Source: Candidatus Heimdallarchaeota archaeon
Lineage (GTDB): Archaea > Asgardarchaeota > Heimdallarchaeia > Heimdallarchaeales > Heimdallarchaeaceae
Direction: 5' to 3'
Length of the DNA: 28,348 nucleotides
NCBI GenBank assembly: GCA_030668825.1
Contig: DAOVET010000032.1
Location: 1-28,348, forward strand
This document shows positions 9,898 to 18,063 of this stretch, one piece after another. Below the pieces are notes generated by a model. That model searched no databases and was not told where the DNA came from. It saw only the letters and a program-made list of their open reading frames with translations. Numbering within the stretch: the first letter of the stretch is position 1; every line of letters begins with the position of its first letter. A program made the position numbers and the translations under genes.

Positions 9898-10003
9898 TAT
9901 CTTCAATATAACAACGGGAACATAATCTATAAAAGCTTTGTATTTACAAAAATTGGTTGAAAAACCCAAAAGAATTTAATAGAACATACTCTAATAAAAG
10001 GAT

Positions 10004-10984
10004 ATGAATGAGAAAGCCTTGGAAATGGAAGATAAAAGTCAACAAAGACGACTAAGAAAGGAAAAAAAACGGAAAGAAAAAAAAGTAAAGGTCAGAGAAA
10101 AAACCTTTTGGCAAATTGTCTGGTCAGGAATACTTGTTTTTCTTAAGATTATCTGGAAAATTGTCAAATTCATTCTAAAATATATACTATTTCCATTCTG
10201 GATTACAGGAGTTTTAATGGTTAAATGGTATAAATTCTTGCGATTCAGAAGCGACGAACCTTTAACGAAAGAAGATAAAAATTTCCTCTCCTTAATCCCT
10301 CATACTTTCTTTATGATAGGATTAACGATTGTTCTATTCTATCTATTGTTCTACTTAGATGTCTTTGAAGATACTAAGAATTTAGTTGATCCAGGTTTCT
10401 GGGCATCTATTGGCAGCTGGTTTGTTGATTTAGGTCAAGGAATTTATTGGTTACTAGATATTATCTTTGTTAAATTCCTTTGGGAAATGATTGTTCTACC
10501 TTTTTCTGGAATTCTTTCATCTCACCAATGGGTTTCAGCTGCAGTTCTTTTGGCTGTAGTAATCGTTGGTGGAGGATTGCTAATTTTACTATATAATCTA
10601 ATAAAGAAAGGAAAGCTGATTATATGGTTGAAGAAAGTTTTCAGAGGATTAACTGACTGGGTCAAGAGTACTCATCAGAAGGTAAAGGATTTTATTCTGA
10701 AGTATCTCATTGGCGAAAAGTATGTGAACTCTAGATCTAAGAATTTCTTCTGGACAAATGTTTTATTCCAACTAATAGTGACAGTGGCTTTCTTTGTTTT
10801 TGCAATCTATATGGGAATCCAGAAATACTTCAACGATCCTGTAGCTCCTTGGGGTGAAGGAGATGTTCTAAGATTTGCAGCTTATACAGCAGCTATCTTA
10901 TTCGTTGGTGTAGGAATTTTCGCTACTTGGTTCTTTACAATCGTACATGGTGTTTCTTCAGATCCTCAAGAAAAAACAGAATAA
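10004..10984 (+). CDS. Hypothetical polytopic membrane protein with Lys/Arg-rich N-terminus
   Basis: About 6 hydrophobic segments, Trp-rich amphipathic helices, TATA-like TTTAATA ~29 nt upstream, and a T-tract after the stop. Confidence 0.8.
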   Translation: MNEKALEMEDKSQQRRLRKEKKRKEKKVKVREKTFWQIVWSGILVFLKIIWKIVKFILKYILFPFWITGVLMVKWYKFLRFRSDEPLTKEDKNFLSLIPHTFFMIGLTIVLFYLLFYLDVFEDTKNLVDPGFWASIGSWFVDLGQGIYWLLDIIFVKFLWEMIVLPFSGILSSHQWVSAAVLLAVVIVGGGLLILLYNLIKKGKLIIWLKKVFRGLTDWVKSTHQKVKDFILKYLIGEKYVNSRSKNFFWTNVLFQLIVTVAFFVFAIYMGIQKYFNDPVAPWGEGDVLRFAAYTAAILFVGVGIFATWFFTIVHGVSSDPQEKTE

Positions 10985-11099
10985 TAATGAAGAATTTTCT
11001 TCATTTTTTCTTTATTTTTCAATATTAATCTCTTATTCATATTGATGACAGAAACTTTAAAACCTAGTTTTTACAAGTTTGCACATTATTGGTGATGAA

Positions 11100-12113
11100 A
11101 TGGCAATTCGAATTGGTATAAATGGTTTTGGAAGAATTGGAAGAGGGATTTTTCGAGCAGGATTTAACAATCCAGGTATTGAATTTGTTGGAATCAATGA
11201 TATTGGTGATTCAAAAACTATGGCTCATTTATTGAAGTACGATAGTGTTCATGGTCTTTTTGATCACAAAATTGAAGCAACTGATTCATATCTAATTGTT
11301 GATGATGTAAAAATACCTATTTCAAAAGAAAGGGACCCAGTAAATATTCCTTGGAAGGATTGGGGAGTTGAGATAGTTTTCGAATGTGTAGGATTTTTTA
11401 GAACATTTGAGCTTGCGTCTAAGCACATTGAAGGAGGAGCGAAAAAAGTAATTCTTTCTGCACCCGATAAAGGTAAAGTAAAACCTATTCCTGCTATTGT
11501 GTTAGGGGTTAATGAAGACAAATTCAATCCCACAGAGGATGTTGTTATCTCTAACGCTAGCTGTACAACCAACTGTTATGCCCCAGTAACCAAGGTTTTG
11601 GATGACGCATTTGGTATTGAATCAGGATTTATGACTACTATTCATTCCTATACAACAGATCAAAGATTATTAGACTTACCTCATAGTGATTTACGTAGAT
11701 CAAGATCTGCAGCTCTATCTATGATTCCAACATCTACAGGTGCCGCTACAGCAGTAGGAAAAGTACTGCCACATCTTCAAGGAAAACTCGATGCTATGTC
11801 AATTAGAGTTCCAACTCCAAATGTTTCTCTAATAGATGCGGTTTATACTCTTGGAAAAGAAGTAACTGCAGAAGAGGTTAACAACAAATTCATTGAAGCA
11901 TCAAAAAGCAATCTAAAAGATATCTTAGCTGTTTCTAATGAACCTCTAGTTTCTATAGATTACAATGGAAATCCGTTCTCTGCAACTGTTGATTTACCTC
12001 TAACAAAAGCAATTAAGAATCAAATCAAAGTTGTTGCTTGGTATGACAATGAAACTGGATACTCAACAAGAATGGTAGACTTAGCAAAATATGTAGCAAG
12101 TAAGGGATTATGA
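11100..12113 (+). CDS. gap: Type I (bacterial/eukaryote-type) phosphorylating glyceraldehyde-3-phosphate dehydrogenase
   Basis: 'GINGFGRIGR', 'LLKYDSVHG', catalytic 'SNASCTTNC', 'TTIHSYT', 'IPTSTGAA', 'RVPTPNVS', 'WYDNETGY'. SD GGTGAT precedes ATG 11100, which is preferred over TTG 11079. Confidence 0.97.
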   Translation: MAIRIGINGFGRIGRGIFRAGFNNPGIEFVGINDIGDSKTMAHLLKYDSVHGLFDHKIEATDSYLIVDDVKIPISKERDPVNIPWKDWGVEIVFECVGFFRTFELASKHIEGGAKKVILSAPDKGKVKPIPAIVLGVNEDKFNPTEDVVISNASCTTNCYAPVTKVLDDAFGIESGFMTTIHSYTTDQRLLDLPHSDLRRSRSAALSMIPTSTGAATAVGKVLPHLQGKLDAMSIRVPTPNVSLIDAVYTLGKEVTAEEVNNKFIEASKSNLKDILAVSNEPLVSIDYNGNPFSATVDLPLTKAIKNQIKVVAWYDNETGYSTRMVDLAKYVASKGL

Positions 12114-12116
12114 CAT

Positions 12117-12285
12117 GAATTTTGTACAAATTCTTTAGAAGTGCCTGAAGCACATCATGGGGACGCCACATCCCCTCCTACACCGCCCACATCATCTTAA
12201 GATGCTTACGGTTCGCTTTTGGAAGTTCGTTGGATATAGCCCCGAGGATCACCATAGTAATGGTGCATAGCTATAATCCTTCAAC
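12117..12285 (-). ncRNA. Candidate structured non-coding RNA of unknown family
   Basis: 72/145 G+C over 12141-12285 (hand count) in an AT-rich genome. Multiple stems on the minus strand, G-U pairs favouring that strand, and a TATA box starting 26 nt upstream of the first paired G. Confidence 0.6.
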
Positions 12286-12303
12286 GTATAATCTACACTA
12301 CCC

Positions 12304-12313
12304 TATTTAAATA
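12304..12313 (-). promoter_or_regulatory. TATA box (TATTTAAATA) of the candidate ncRNA
   Basis: Minus-strand TTTAAATA at 12311-12304 lies at canonical archaeal spacing to 12285. It sits between two convergent genes, so no CDS could use it. Confidence 0.6.
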
Positions 12314-12345
12314 CCAAAAAAATGTACAAAAAACAGGTTATAATG

Positions 12346-12711
12346 CTACATTTCTTCTAGACTTTTTATCAAAGCAACTAAGGCTTTGTATAAACAGTCT
12401 GAGCATTCTTTAGCATCAGGATCCATGAACAGTAGAGTTTCTCTTGTGTTTTCATAGACTTTTTGAGGTATTGTTCTACCTCTGAGCTCTATTCTTTTCT
12501 TTTTAGTTGGACAATAAATTACATTTTCATCATCCAAAACCACAGCGTTTAAACAAAATGTAGGGTTAGCAAACTCTTCCAAATCTGCAGTAAGAAGATC
12601 ATCTGGATCATAAAAAGAGACTAATAAAATCATTTCAAGCTCATCTTCAAGAACACAATAAGTAGTATATTCAATCTCTCTATGCATTGGACAGGGTTGC
12701 ATTATCCACAT
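12346..12711 (-). CDS. Small Cys-rich hypothetical protein, possible metal binder
   Basis: 121 aa with 'CPMH', two lone Cys, 'YCP' and 'CSDC'. No overlap with neighbours. Alternative start ATG 12702. Confidence 0.75.
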   Translation of the reverse strand: MWIMQPCPMHREIEYTTYCVLEDELEMILLVSFYDPDDLLTADLEEFANPTFCLNAVVLDDENVIYCPTKKKRIELRGRTIPQKVYENTRETLLFMDPDAKECSDCLYKALVALIKSLEEM

Positions 12712-12817
12712 CAGAATCTACGCCTTTGATATAGACATCTGCTAATGATAAATAAAAGTCTTACATAATACCTACGAGATATGAATCAAGTGAAAGAAAA
12801 AGGGAGAAAAAGGGAAA

Positions 12818-15800
12818 TTATTGTCTTATAGGTGCCCTACTTCTGTAATCGTAGTAAATTTTGGTTATTTCCCCAACAATTTCTTCATTAAAGGTTACAA
12901 TTAAAAGTGGATCTCCACTTGGAGCTTTGTGTCCTAAGAAACCTTCTTCTATACCATCTCTGGTTCCCATCATTACTGTTAGGTTTGAATCATCCTTTAC
13001 AACTACATTCCCCATACCAAGCATTTTGCTTAAGATAACTTTATCTTCATCTGTATGAGCTGTTGTATTTGTTACAATTTCTAGTTTTCTAGCAAATGTT
13101 TCAATGAATTCAGAATCTATCCAATTTAGTCTTGGGCAAATTACTGTAGCAGAAGACTTTGTATTTCTCAAGAGAGACATCATAGTTCCATTAACTTGTT
13201 CGTGACCTGTTACTATCCACATATCTTCAATTGGATTTGGTTCAATTCCTGATCCCAGCGATAAAACACTTTTGATCAATTTCATTGATTCCCCAGTTGC
13301 ATCTAAAGCTCCCCCAATCTTATTTGGAATTGAACTTAGTGTTCCTGAAATACTAGTGTCTACATTTTCAATTTCTTGTTGAGTTCCTTTGATTATATTC
13401 TCTTTAAAACTCATAAGTTTGGAGCTGTAATCATCTTTCTCAGTATTTACAATCTTTGAATCCTCTTGAGCTGCATTCAATTTTTCTGTTAGAGAGTTCA
13501 AATTGGAATCAAATAGGTCAGTTAAAGTTTTTTCTAAATTACTGAGGTCTGCATTAACCGCATCATTTCCGGAAGTTATAGCCTCTGTAAGAGCATCCTT
13601 TGTTCCTTGTATATTAGTTACCAGGGCAGATGAATTTGAATCTGAATTAGTAATAAAGCTATTAACTTGATGAGACATGTTTAATTCATAATCATTCTTT
13701 TCTTTTTCAAACTCATTTTGAATTTCTGTGACATTATTAACAAAGTCAGTTGCCATGCGTTCATAGGATTTCTCTAGATCTCTTTGAACGCTAGTAAACA
13801 TTGTATCAATTTCTGTCTGAGCACCTACTTGAAATTCTTTTATGGAAGAGCTCAAATCGGTTGCAAATGCATCAGAATCAGTTTTAACCCATTTTGGATA
13901 ATTTGCACCAAGCTTTTGAAGCTCTCCCTTAGTAGTTGCAAGTGCTTCATCTAATAATGATGATTTCTCAGGAGAAACATTTAATTCCGCCAATACACCT
14001 TCAGTACCTTCAATAAACTGTTGGACTTCTTGCTCAATTAAATCATTAATCTCGGTTTCAACCTTTGCTGTTTGAGCACTATAATTTTTAGCAGCCTCAT
14101 CTAGAGTGACAGAAATGTCAGTATCAAGAGCCTCTTTCGCAGATTTAAATTCACTTTGCAAAGATTTCATTGTTACATCCATTGAGGAAGTAGCTTTGGT
14201 CACTAATTTGGAATGATCTTCGATGTTTGTCTTGAGTAATTCCTGAAGATTAGTTGTTACTTCAATATTATTCTTCTTCATTACATCAAGAATTTCTTGT
14301 TTTGTTGTTTGCAGAGCTTCTAGACCATCTTGAATCGTCAGATGAATTTCTGTTTGACCTTCATTATCTTCAGTTGAATCTGGAACTTGGAGAAGTTCAT
14401 CTAATGAACCACTTATGGATTTAGTTATATCCGAAAATGCTTTAGATTCAGCTCCTATTACATCAGCTAATGATTTAGTGCTTGTCCCTTGTAGCTCATT
14501 AAATTGCTCTTCATAAATAGTATAAGTTTCTTCAATAGTTCTTTTCATATCATCTGAAGATGCTGTAAATTGACTACTGATTTCACTCCTTGAAATGTCA
14601 AATGATTGGCTGGTTTTTTGAAGGGTATCTATTGTGAATCTTGCTAAATCTTCTAACCTTATATTCATTTTTTCAAATATCTCATTAGACAAAGAATTCA
14701 TTGAATTTGTCAATGTTTGAATCATTTCCTCCATTTTATTTCCAACATTCTCCTTTACTAGCTCAATGTCTCTATTCATGCTTCCGATTAGTTGAGCCAT
14801 TCGTGGTCCCTCTTCTTTTCCAAATACTTTTTGAAGCTGTTTCTCATCTAATCCTTGAAATGCTTGGTTAATCACTTCAATTTTTGCAATTGATGATTTA
14901 AGCTGATCATCTAGCTCTTGTAATCTTTCAATGCTAGCTTGATAGTTAATCTGAACAACATTAGGCACTTCATCTCTAACATCTCTTCCTCTTTTAGAGA
15001 ATTCATCTGAAAAAACTTCAACATCAGATTTGAATTTGTTTTCCTTTTCAGTTATTAGATTTTGAATTGTTTCATTGTTATCCTTAACGTTTTCCTCAAT
15101 ATTAGAGATAACAGTGGCTTTTAATTCATTAATATGAGAAGTAAAGTTTTCTTTGAATTCCTCATGTGAGGTGGCAAACTTTTCTTTCCGAGCTTTCAAA
15201 GCCTTTTCATATTTAGCAGTTGTTTTTGATAATTTATCTAAATACGCGTTAGTTGATTCTCTAAATGCAGTCATTATGTCTTCTACAAATAGTTTGATTT
15301 GATTACTTACGTTTTCAATTGAAGAAGACAGATTTTCTTCAAACAGATTGAAACCAATTTCTATTCCTGAATTAAGTAAAGATAGTAAACTATCGCTATT
15401 CTTTTTGAATTCCTTAAGATATGAGTTTAAATCATTACTCAGTTTAACTTTCATTTCCTCTGTTTTTGCTTCAGCTTGTGTAATTAAATCTCCCAGCTTT
15501 TCAACAGAATCAACTTTAGTTTTATTCAGTAAATCAACAAACTGATTCTCATTCCCTCTCAAAATATTTACCGCTGTTTCTTTTGAATTATCAATTGAGG
15601 TTCTAATTCTGTCTGTTGTTGCGTCTTCAAGTTTTTTCAATTCATCATTTAATGAAATAAGAACTTGCTGTACTGTTACTTGATATTCGTCAAGCTTTTT
15701 CTCATAGTTTGCGATAATTTTGTTTACTGTATCAGAAAGCTTCTTAGAGGAATCTCTCACTACTACGTTTGAATCTGCTGAGATCTTTTTAACAGTTTCA

Positions 15801-16591
15801 TCAGTAACAGTTATAATTACATCTTTTCGTTCTGCTGCTGCTTCTATGAATTCCTGAAGCTGAACTGATAAGCTTTCTTTTATCCCCCCGACTTTTTCAA
15901 GAAGAGCATCAAGCTGTATTTGAGTTCTATCATCATGTTCTTTTTGCAGAAAACCTAGTCTTTCCTCTATTTTTACTTTGAATGAATCATGATGTTCACC
16001 TATTTTGTGAATCGTAGAATCAAAAGAACTAAGAACATTCTCTTTTACTCTTTGTGCAGTTTTTGCAATGGCATCACTGTTTGTTTCTGAAATATTGGAT
16101 GATTCTGATTTTAACCTTTCAATTATTTCAGCTGTTTCAGTTTTTCCTGACGAAATTACGTTTGTTATTGAATCCAAAAATTTAGTGGCAGTTGATGCAA
16201 TTTCAGAAGCATGATCATCAACATTTTCTGTAATGTTTACATGAAATGCTGATAACTGTGACCTGAAATTATTCATTGTTTTATTCCAATCTTCTTTTAC
16301 ATCATCACTTAATGCTTTTAATTCAGTTTCTAGACGAATAGATACATCCTCTGTAAGCTTAATTTGTGGGGGGAGTGGAATGAAATACGATGTTCCCTCT
16401 TGGTTTTTAGCTTTGATTTCTCTAATGTATCCTTTGCCAGCTAAACTATTTAGAGCACTTTGGATTATATTTGCGGGGTGTTTGTAATATGTTTGAATTT
16501 GACCGATGGTTCTAAAACCATATTGAACAATTATTGAATAAACTTGAACTTCATCTTTCGATAACCCAATCTTTTCTAATGTTCCTTCCAT
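12818..16591 (-). CDS. Giant TrmB-like protein: N-terminal wHTH, ~1000-aa coiled coil, C-terminal TrmB effector/PLD-fold-like domain
   Basis: N-term 'LEKIGLSKDEVQVY...ALNSLAGKGYI...YFIPLPP' resembles the TrmB wHTH. C-term 'WIVTGHEQV...LLRNTKSSATVICP...RDGIEEGFLG' resembles the TrmB C-terminal domain. The middle is amphipathic helical. Start is ATG 16591 or GTG 16600. Confidence 0.8.
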   Translation of the reverse strand: MEGTLEKIGLSKDEVQVYSIIVQYGFRTIGQIQTYYKHPANIIQSALNSLAGKGYIREIKAKNQEGTSYFIPLPPQIKLTEDVSIRLETELKALSDDVKEDWNKTMNNFRSQLSAFHVNITENVDDHASEIASTATKFLDSITNVISSGKTETAEIIERLKSESSNISETNSDAIAKTAQRVKENVLSSFDSTIHKIGEHHDSFKVKIEERLGFLQKEHDDRTQIQLDALLEKVGGIKESLSVQLQEFIEAAAERKDVIITVTDETVKKISADSNVVVRDSSKKLSDTVNKIIANYEKKLDEYQVTVQQVLISLNDELKKLEDATTDRIRTSIDNSKETAVNILRGNENQFVDLLNKTKVDSVEKLGDLITQAEAKTEEMKVKLSNDLNSYLKEFKKNSDSLLSLLNSGIEIGFNLFEENLSSSIENVSNQIKLFVEDIMTAFRESTNAYLDKLSKTTAKYEKALKARKEKFATSHEEFKENFTSHINELKATVISNIEENVKDNNETIQNLITEKENKFKSDVEVFSDEFSKRGRDVRDEVPNVVQINYQASIERLQELDDQLKSSIAKIEVINQAFQGLDEKQLQKVFGKEEGPRMAQLIGSMNRDIELVKENVGNKMEEMIQTLTNSMNSLSNEIFEKMNIRLEDLARFTIDTLQKTSQSFDISRSEISSQFTASSDDMKRTIEETYTIYEEQFNELQGTSTKSLADVIGAESKAFSDITKSISGSLDELLQVPDSTEDNEGQTEIHLTIQDGLEALQTTKQEILDVMKKNNIEVTTNLQELLKTNIEDHSKLVTKATSSMDVTMKSLQSEFKSAKEALDTDISVTLDEAAKNYSAQTAKVETEINDLIEQEVQQFIEGTEGVLAELNVSPEKSSLLDEALATTKGELQKLGANYPKWVKTDSDAFATDLSSSIKEFQVGAQTEIDTMFTSVQRDLEKSYERMATDFVNNVTEIQNEFEKEKNDYELNMSHQVNSFITNSDSNSSALVTNIQGTKDALTEAITSGNDAVNADLSNLEKTLTDLFDSNLNSLTEKLNAAQEDSKIVNTEKDDYSSKLMSFKENIIKGTQQEIENVDTSISGTLSSIPNKIGGALDATGESMKLIKSVLSLGSGIEPNPIEDMWIVTGHEQVNGTMMSLLRNTKSSATVICPRLNWIDSEFIETFARKLEIVTNTTAHTDEDKVILSKMLGMGNVVVKDDSNLTVMMGTRDGIEEGFLGHKAPSGDPLLIVTFNEEIVGEITKIYYDYRSRAPIRQ

Positions 16592-16605
16592 TTTAATCAC
16601 TTCTT

Positions 16606-18054
16606 TTATAATTGATCTTTTATTGTTTCAAGATTCCTTTCTAGTCTTTCTAATCGACCTATGAGATCTTTTCTCAACTTTTCTGCTTGTTCTGCTTTTT
16701 TGATATTGTCCTTTGCTTCAATTTCAAGATTAGTTACAGTGGAATCTTGTGTTTCAACAATCTTGCTTTTTGCGTTCGAGGACATAGTTGAAATTTCAGC
16801 TATAGTATCTTTTTGAGCTGAATCTATTCTTGAGGTAATTTGTTGACTTGTTCTTTCTAAGGAAACTTTTACATCAGTAATTTCCTTTTCAAGAATCGAT
16901 ATTCTTTCTTCTGCTGTTTTTGCAGCATTACCTTGTAGATTTTCAGATTTTTCAACAACATTTGTTAGAATATTATCTAAATGGCTTCTAATATCACCCT
17001 GTTCCCTTGACACAAAGGATTTTATTTCTTGTTTAATTGAATCTGATTGTTCAGAGAGAGTTGATAAAATTCCATCCACTTTATTGTTGAAATCCCCTTC
17101 AAACTCTTTAAGTTCAGAATCATGTTCATTATATTGTTTATTTGTTAAATCATCATAAGATCCTAGCATTGATTCTTTAGATGAATTGAAATTTGACATA
17201 GTTACTTCATTAACATCAATCATTCCAGTTTCATATTCTGCTAAAACGTCTTGTACTTTTGCAATTTCATCAACAAGATACTTGTCCATGGAATCGGTTA
17301 CATCAGATAATTCAGATTGAATTCTTTGAACTGCGTTATTAACTAGCTGTCCTAATTCACTTTTTATTCGATTAAAGCTTTCAAAGACAGATTCCATGTT
17401 TTCAGTTAACTTATCACCATACTCTGATCTTAAATGTTCTATAGATTCTTTCATGATGTTTTGAGCAATATTAATGTTAGATTCAATCTTTGCTCTCATA
17501 TCTTCTGAATTGTTCTTGAAGGTTGAAAGATTATTTCCCTTTACAGTACTAACATCTTCTTTTACACTATCAATTGCTTTTCTAAAAGCATTAACTTGAT
17601 TGTTTGCTAATCGTTCTAAATCTTGTTCATGGTTTGTAAGAGTGGTTCTTATTTTTTCACCAAATGAAGAAGAATACTCAACAAAGTTGGTTTTTCCTTC
17701 ATCTAAAATAGAAGAAATAGATTCATGTAGTTTAGATAATTCATTTTTTGTATTGTCTAACTTCGATACTACAGATTCTGATTGACTTTTAGTCCATTCA
17801 TCAATTAGTTTTTTATTTTCAGATACATTTGCTTCAATAATATCATCTAATGACTGTCTATTTGTGTCGATTAAATTGCGTAAATTCTCATTCAAACCAA
17901 TAAACTTGTTTTGAACTAAAGTTGCTAGAATTTGATAAAATTGATGTAATTCCTTCAAGTTTTCTAGAGATTCTTTAAAATTGACAATCTCTCCATCTAA
18001 ATTTTCAATTTCTCTTTTCACTTTTTCTAAATCTTTTGTTATTCTTTCTGACAT
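16606..18054 (-). CDS. All-helical long coiled-coil (apolipoprotein-like) hypothetical protein
   Basis: About 482 aa, no Pro or Cys seen, E/K/S/N/L/I-rich with periodic hydrophobics. SD GGTGA overlaps the upstream stop and precedes ATG 18054 (track start GTG 18063). Confidence 0.85.
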   Translation of the reverse strand: MSERITKDLEKVKREIENLDGEIVNFKESLENLKELHQFYQILATLVQNKFIGLNENLRNLIDTNRQSLDDIIEANVSENKKLIDEWTKSQSESVVSKLDNTKNELSKLHESISSILDEGKTNFVEYSSSFGEKIRTTLTNHEQDLERLANNQVNAFRKAIDSVKEDVSTVKGNNLSTFKNNSEDMRAKIESNINIAQNIMKESIEHLRSEYGDKLTENMESVFESFNRIKSELGQLVNNAVQRIQSELSDVTDSMDKYLVDEIAKVQDVLAEYETGMIDVNEVTMSNFNSSKESMLGSYDDLTNKQYNEHDSELKEFEGDFNNKVDGILSTLSEQSDSIKQEIKSFVSREQGDIRSHLDNILTNVVEKSENLQGNAAKTAEERISILEKEITDVKVSLERTSQQITSRIDSAQKDTIAEISTMSSNAKSKIVETQDSTVTNLEIEAKDNIKKAEQAEKLRKDLIGRLERLERNLETIKDQL

Positions 18055-18063
18055 CTTACTCAC

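Noticed and set aside
9898-9969. Track N-terminal extension of the surface protein (and the TTG start 11079 of gap)
   Set aside because: Downstream ATGs give a clean signal peptide (9897) or an SD-preceded conserved N-terminus (11100).
12111-12200. UGA readthrough of gap or a SECIS in its 3' UTR
   Set aside because: GAPDH is complete at the UGA, the extension is a meaningless short peptide, and no properly paired AUGA/GA SECIS core is visible.
12160-12216. Resemblance to group II intron domain V/VI (AACCG...GGCGGUGU.GGAGG)
   Set aside because: No proper catalytic triad or bulge geometry, no GNRA-type loop, no domain VI branch A, and no RT gene.
12120-12290. 5S rRNA, SRP RNA, RNase P, C/D sRNA or short peptides as explanations for the GC-rich element
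   Set aside because: Only fragmentary motif matches (AUAGC, GGAAGUUC, AUGAUG without a CUGA partner). The internal ORFs are only 20-25 codons or overlap gap.
12818-18063. SMC/Rad50 or chemoreceptor annotation for the coiled-coil proteins
   Set aside because: No Walker A/B, ABC signature, CxxC hook or MCP hairpin signature in either protein.
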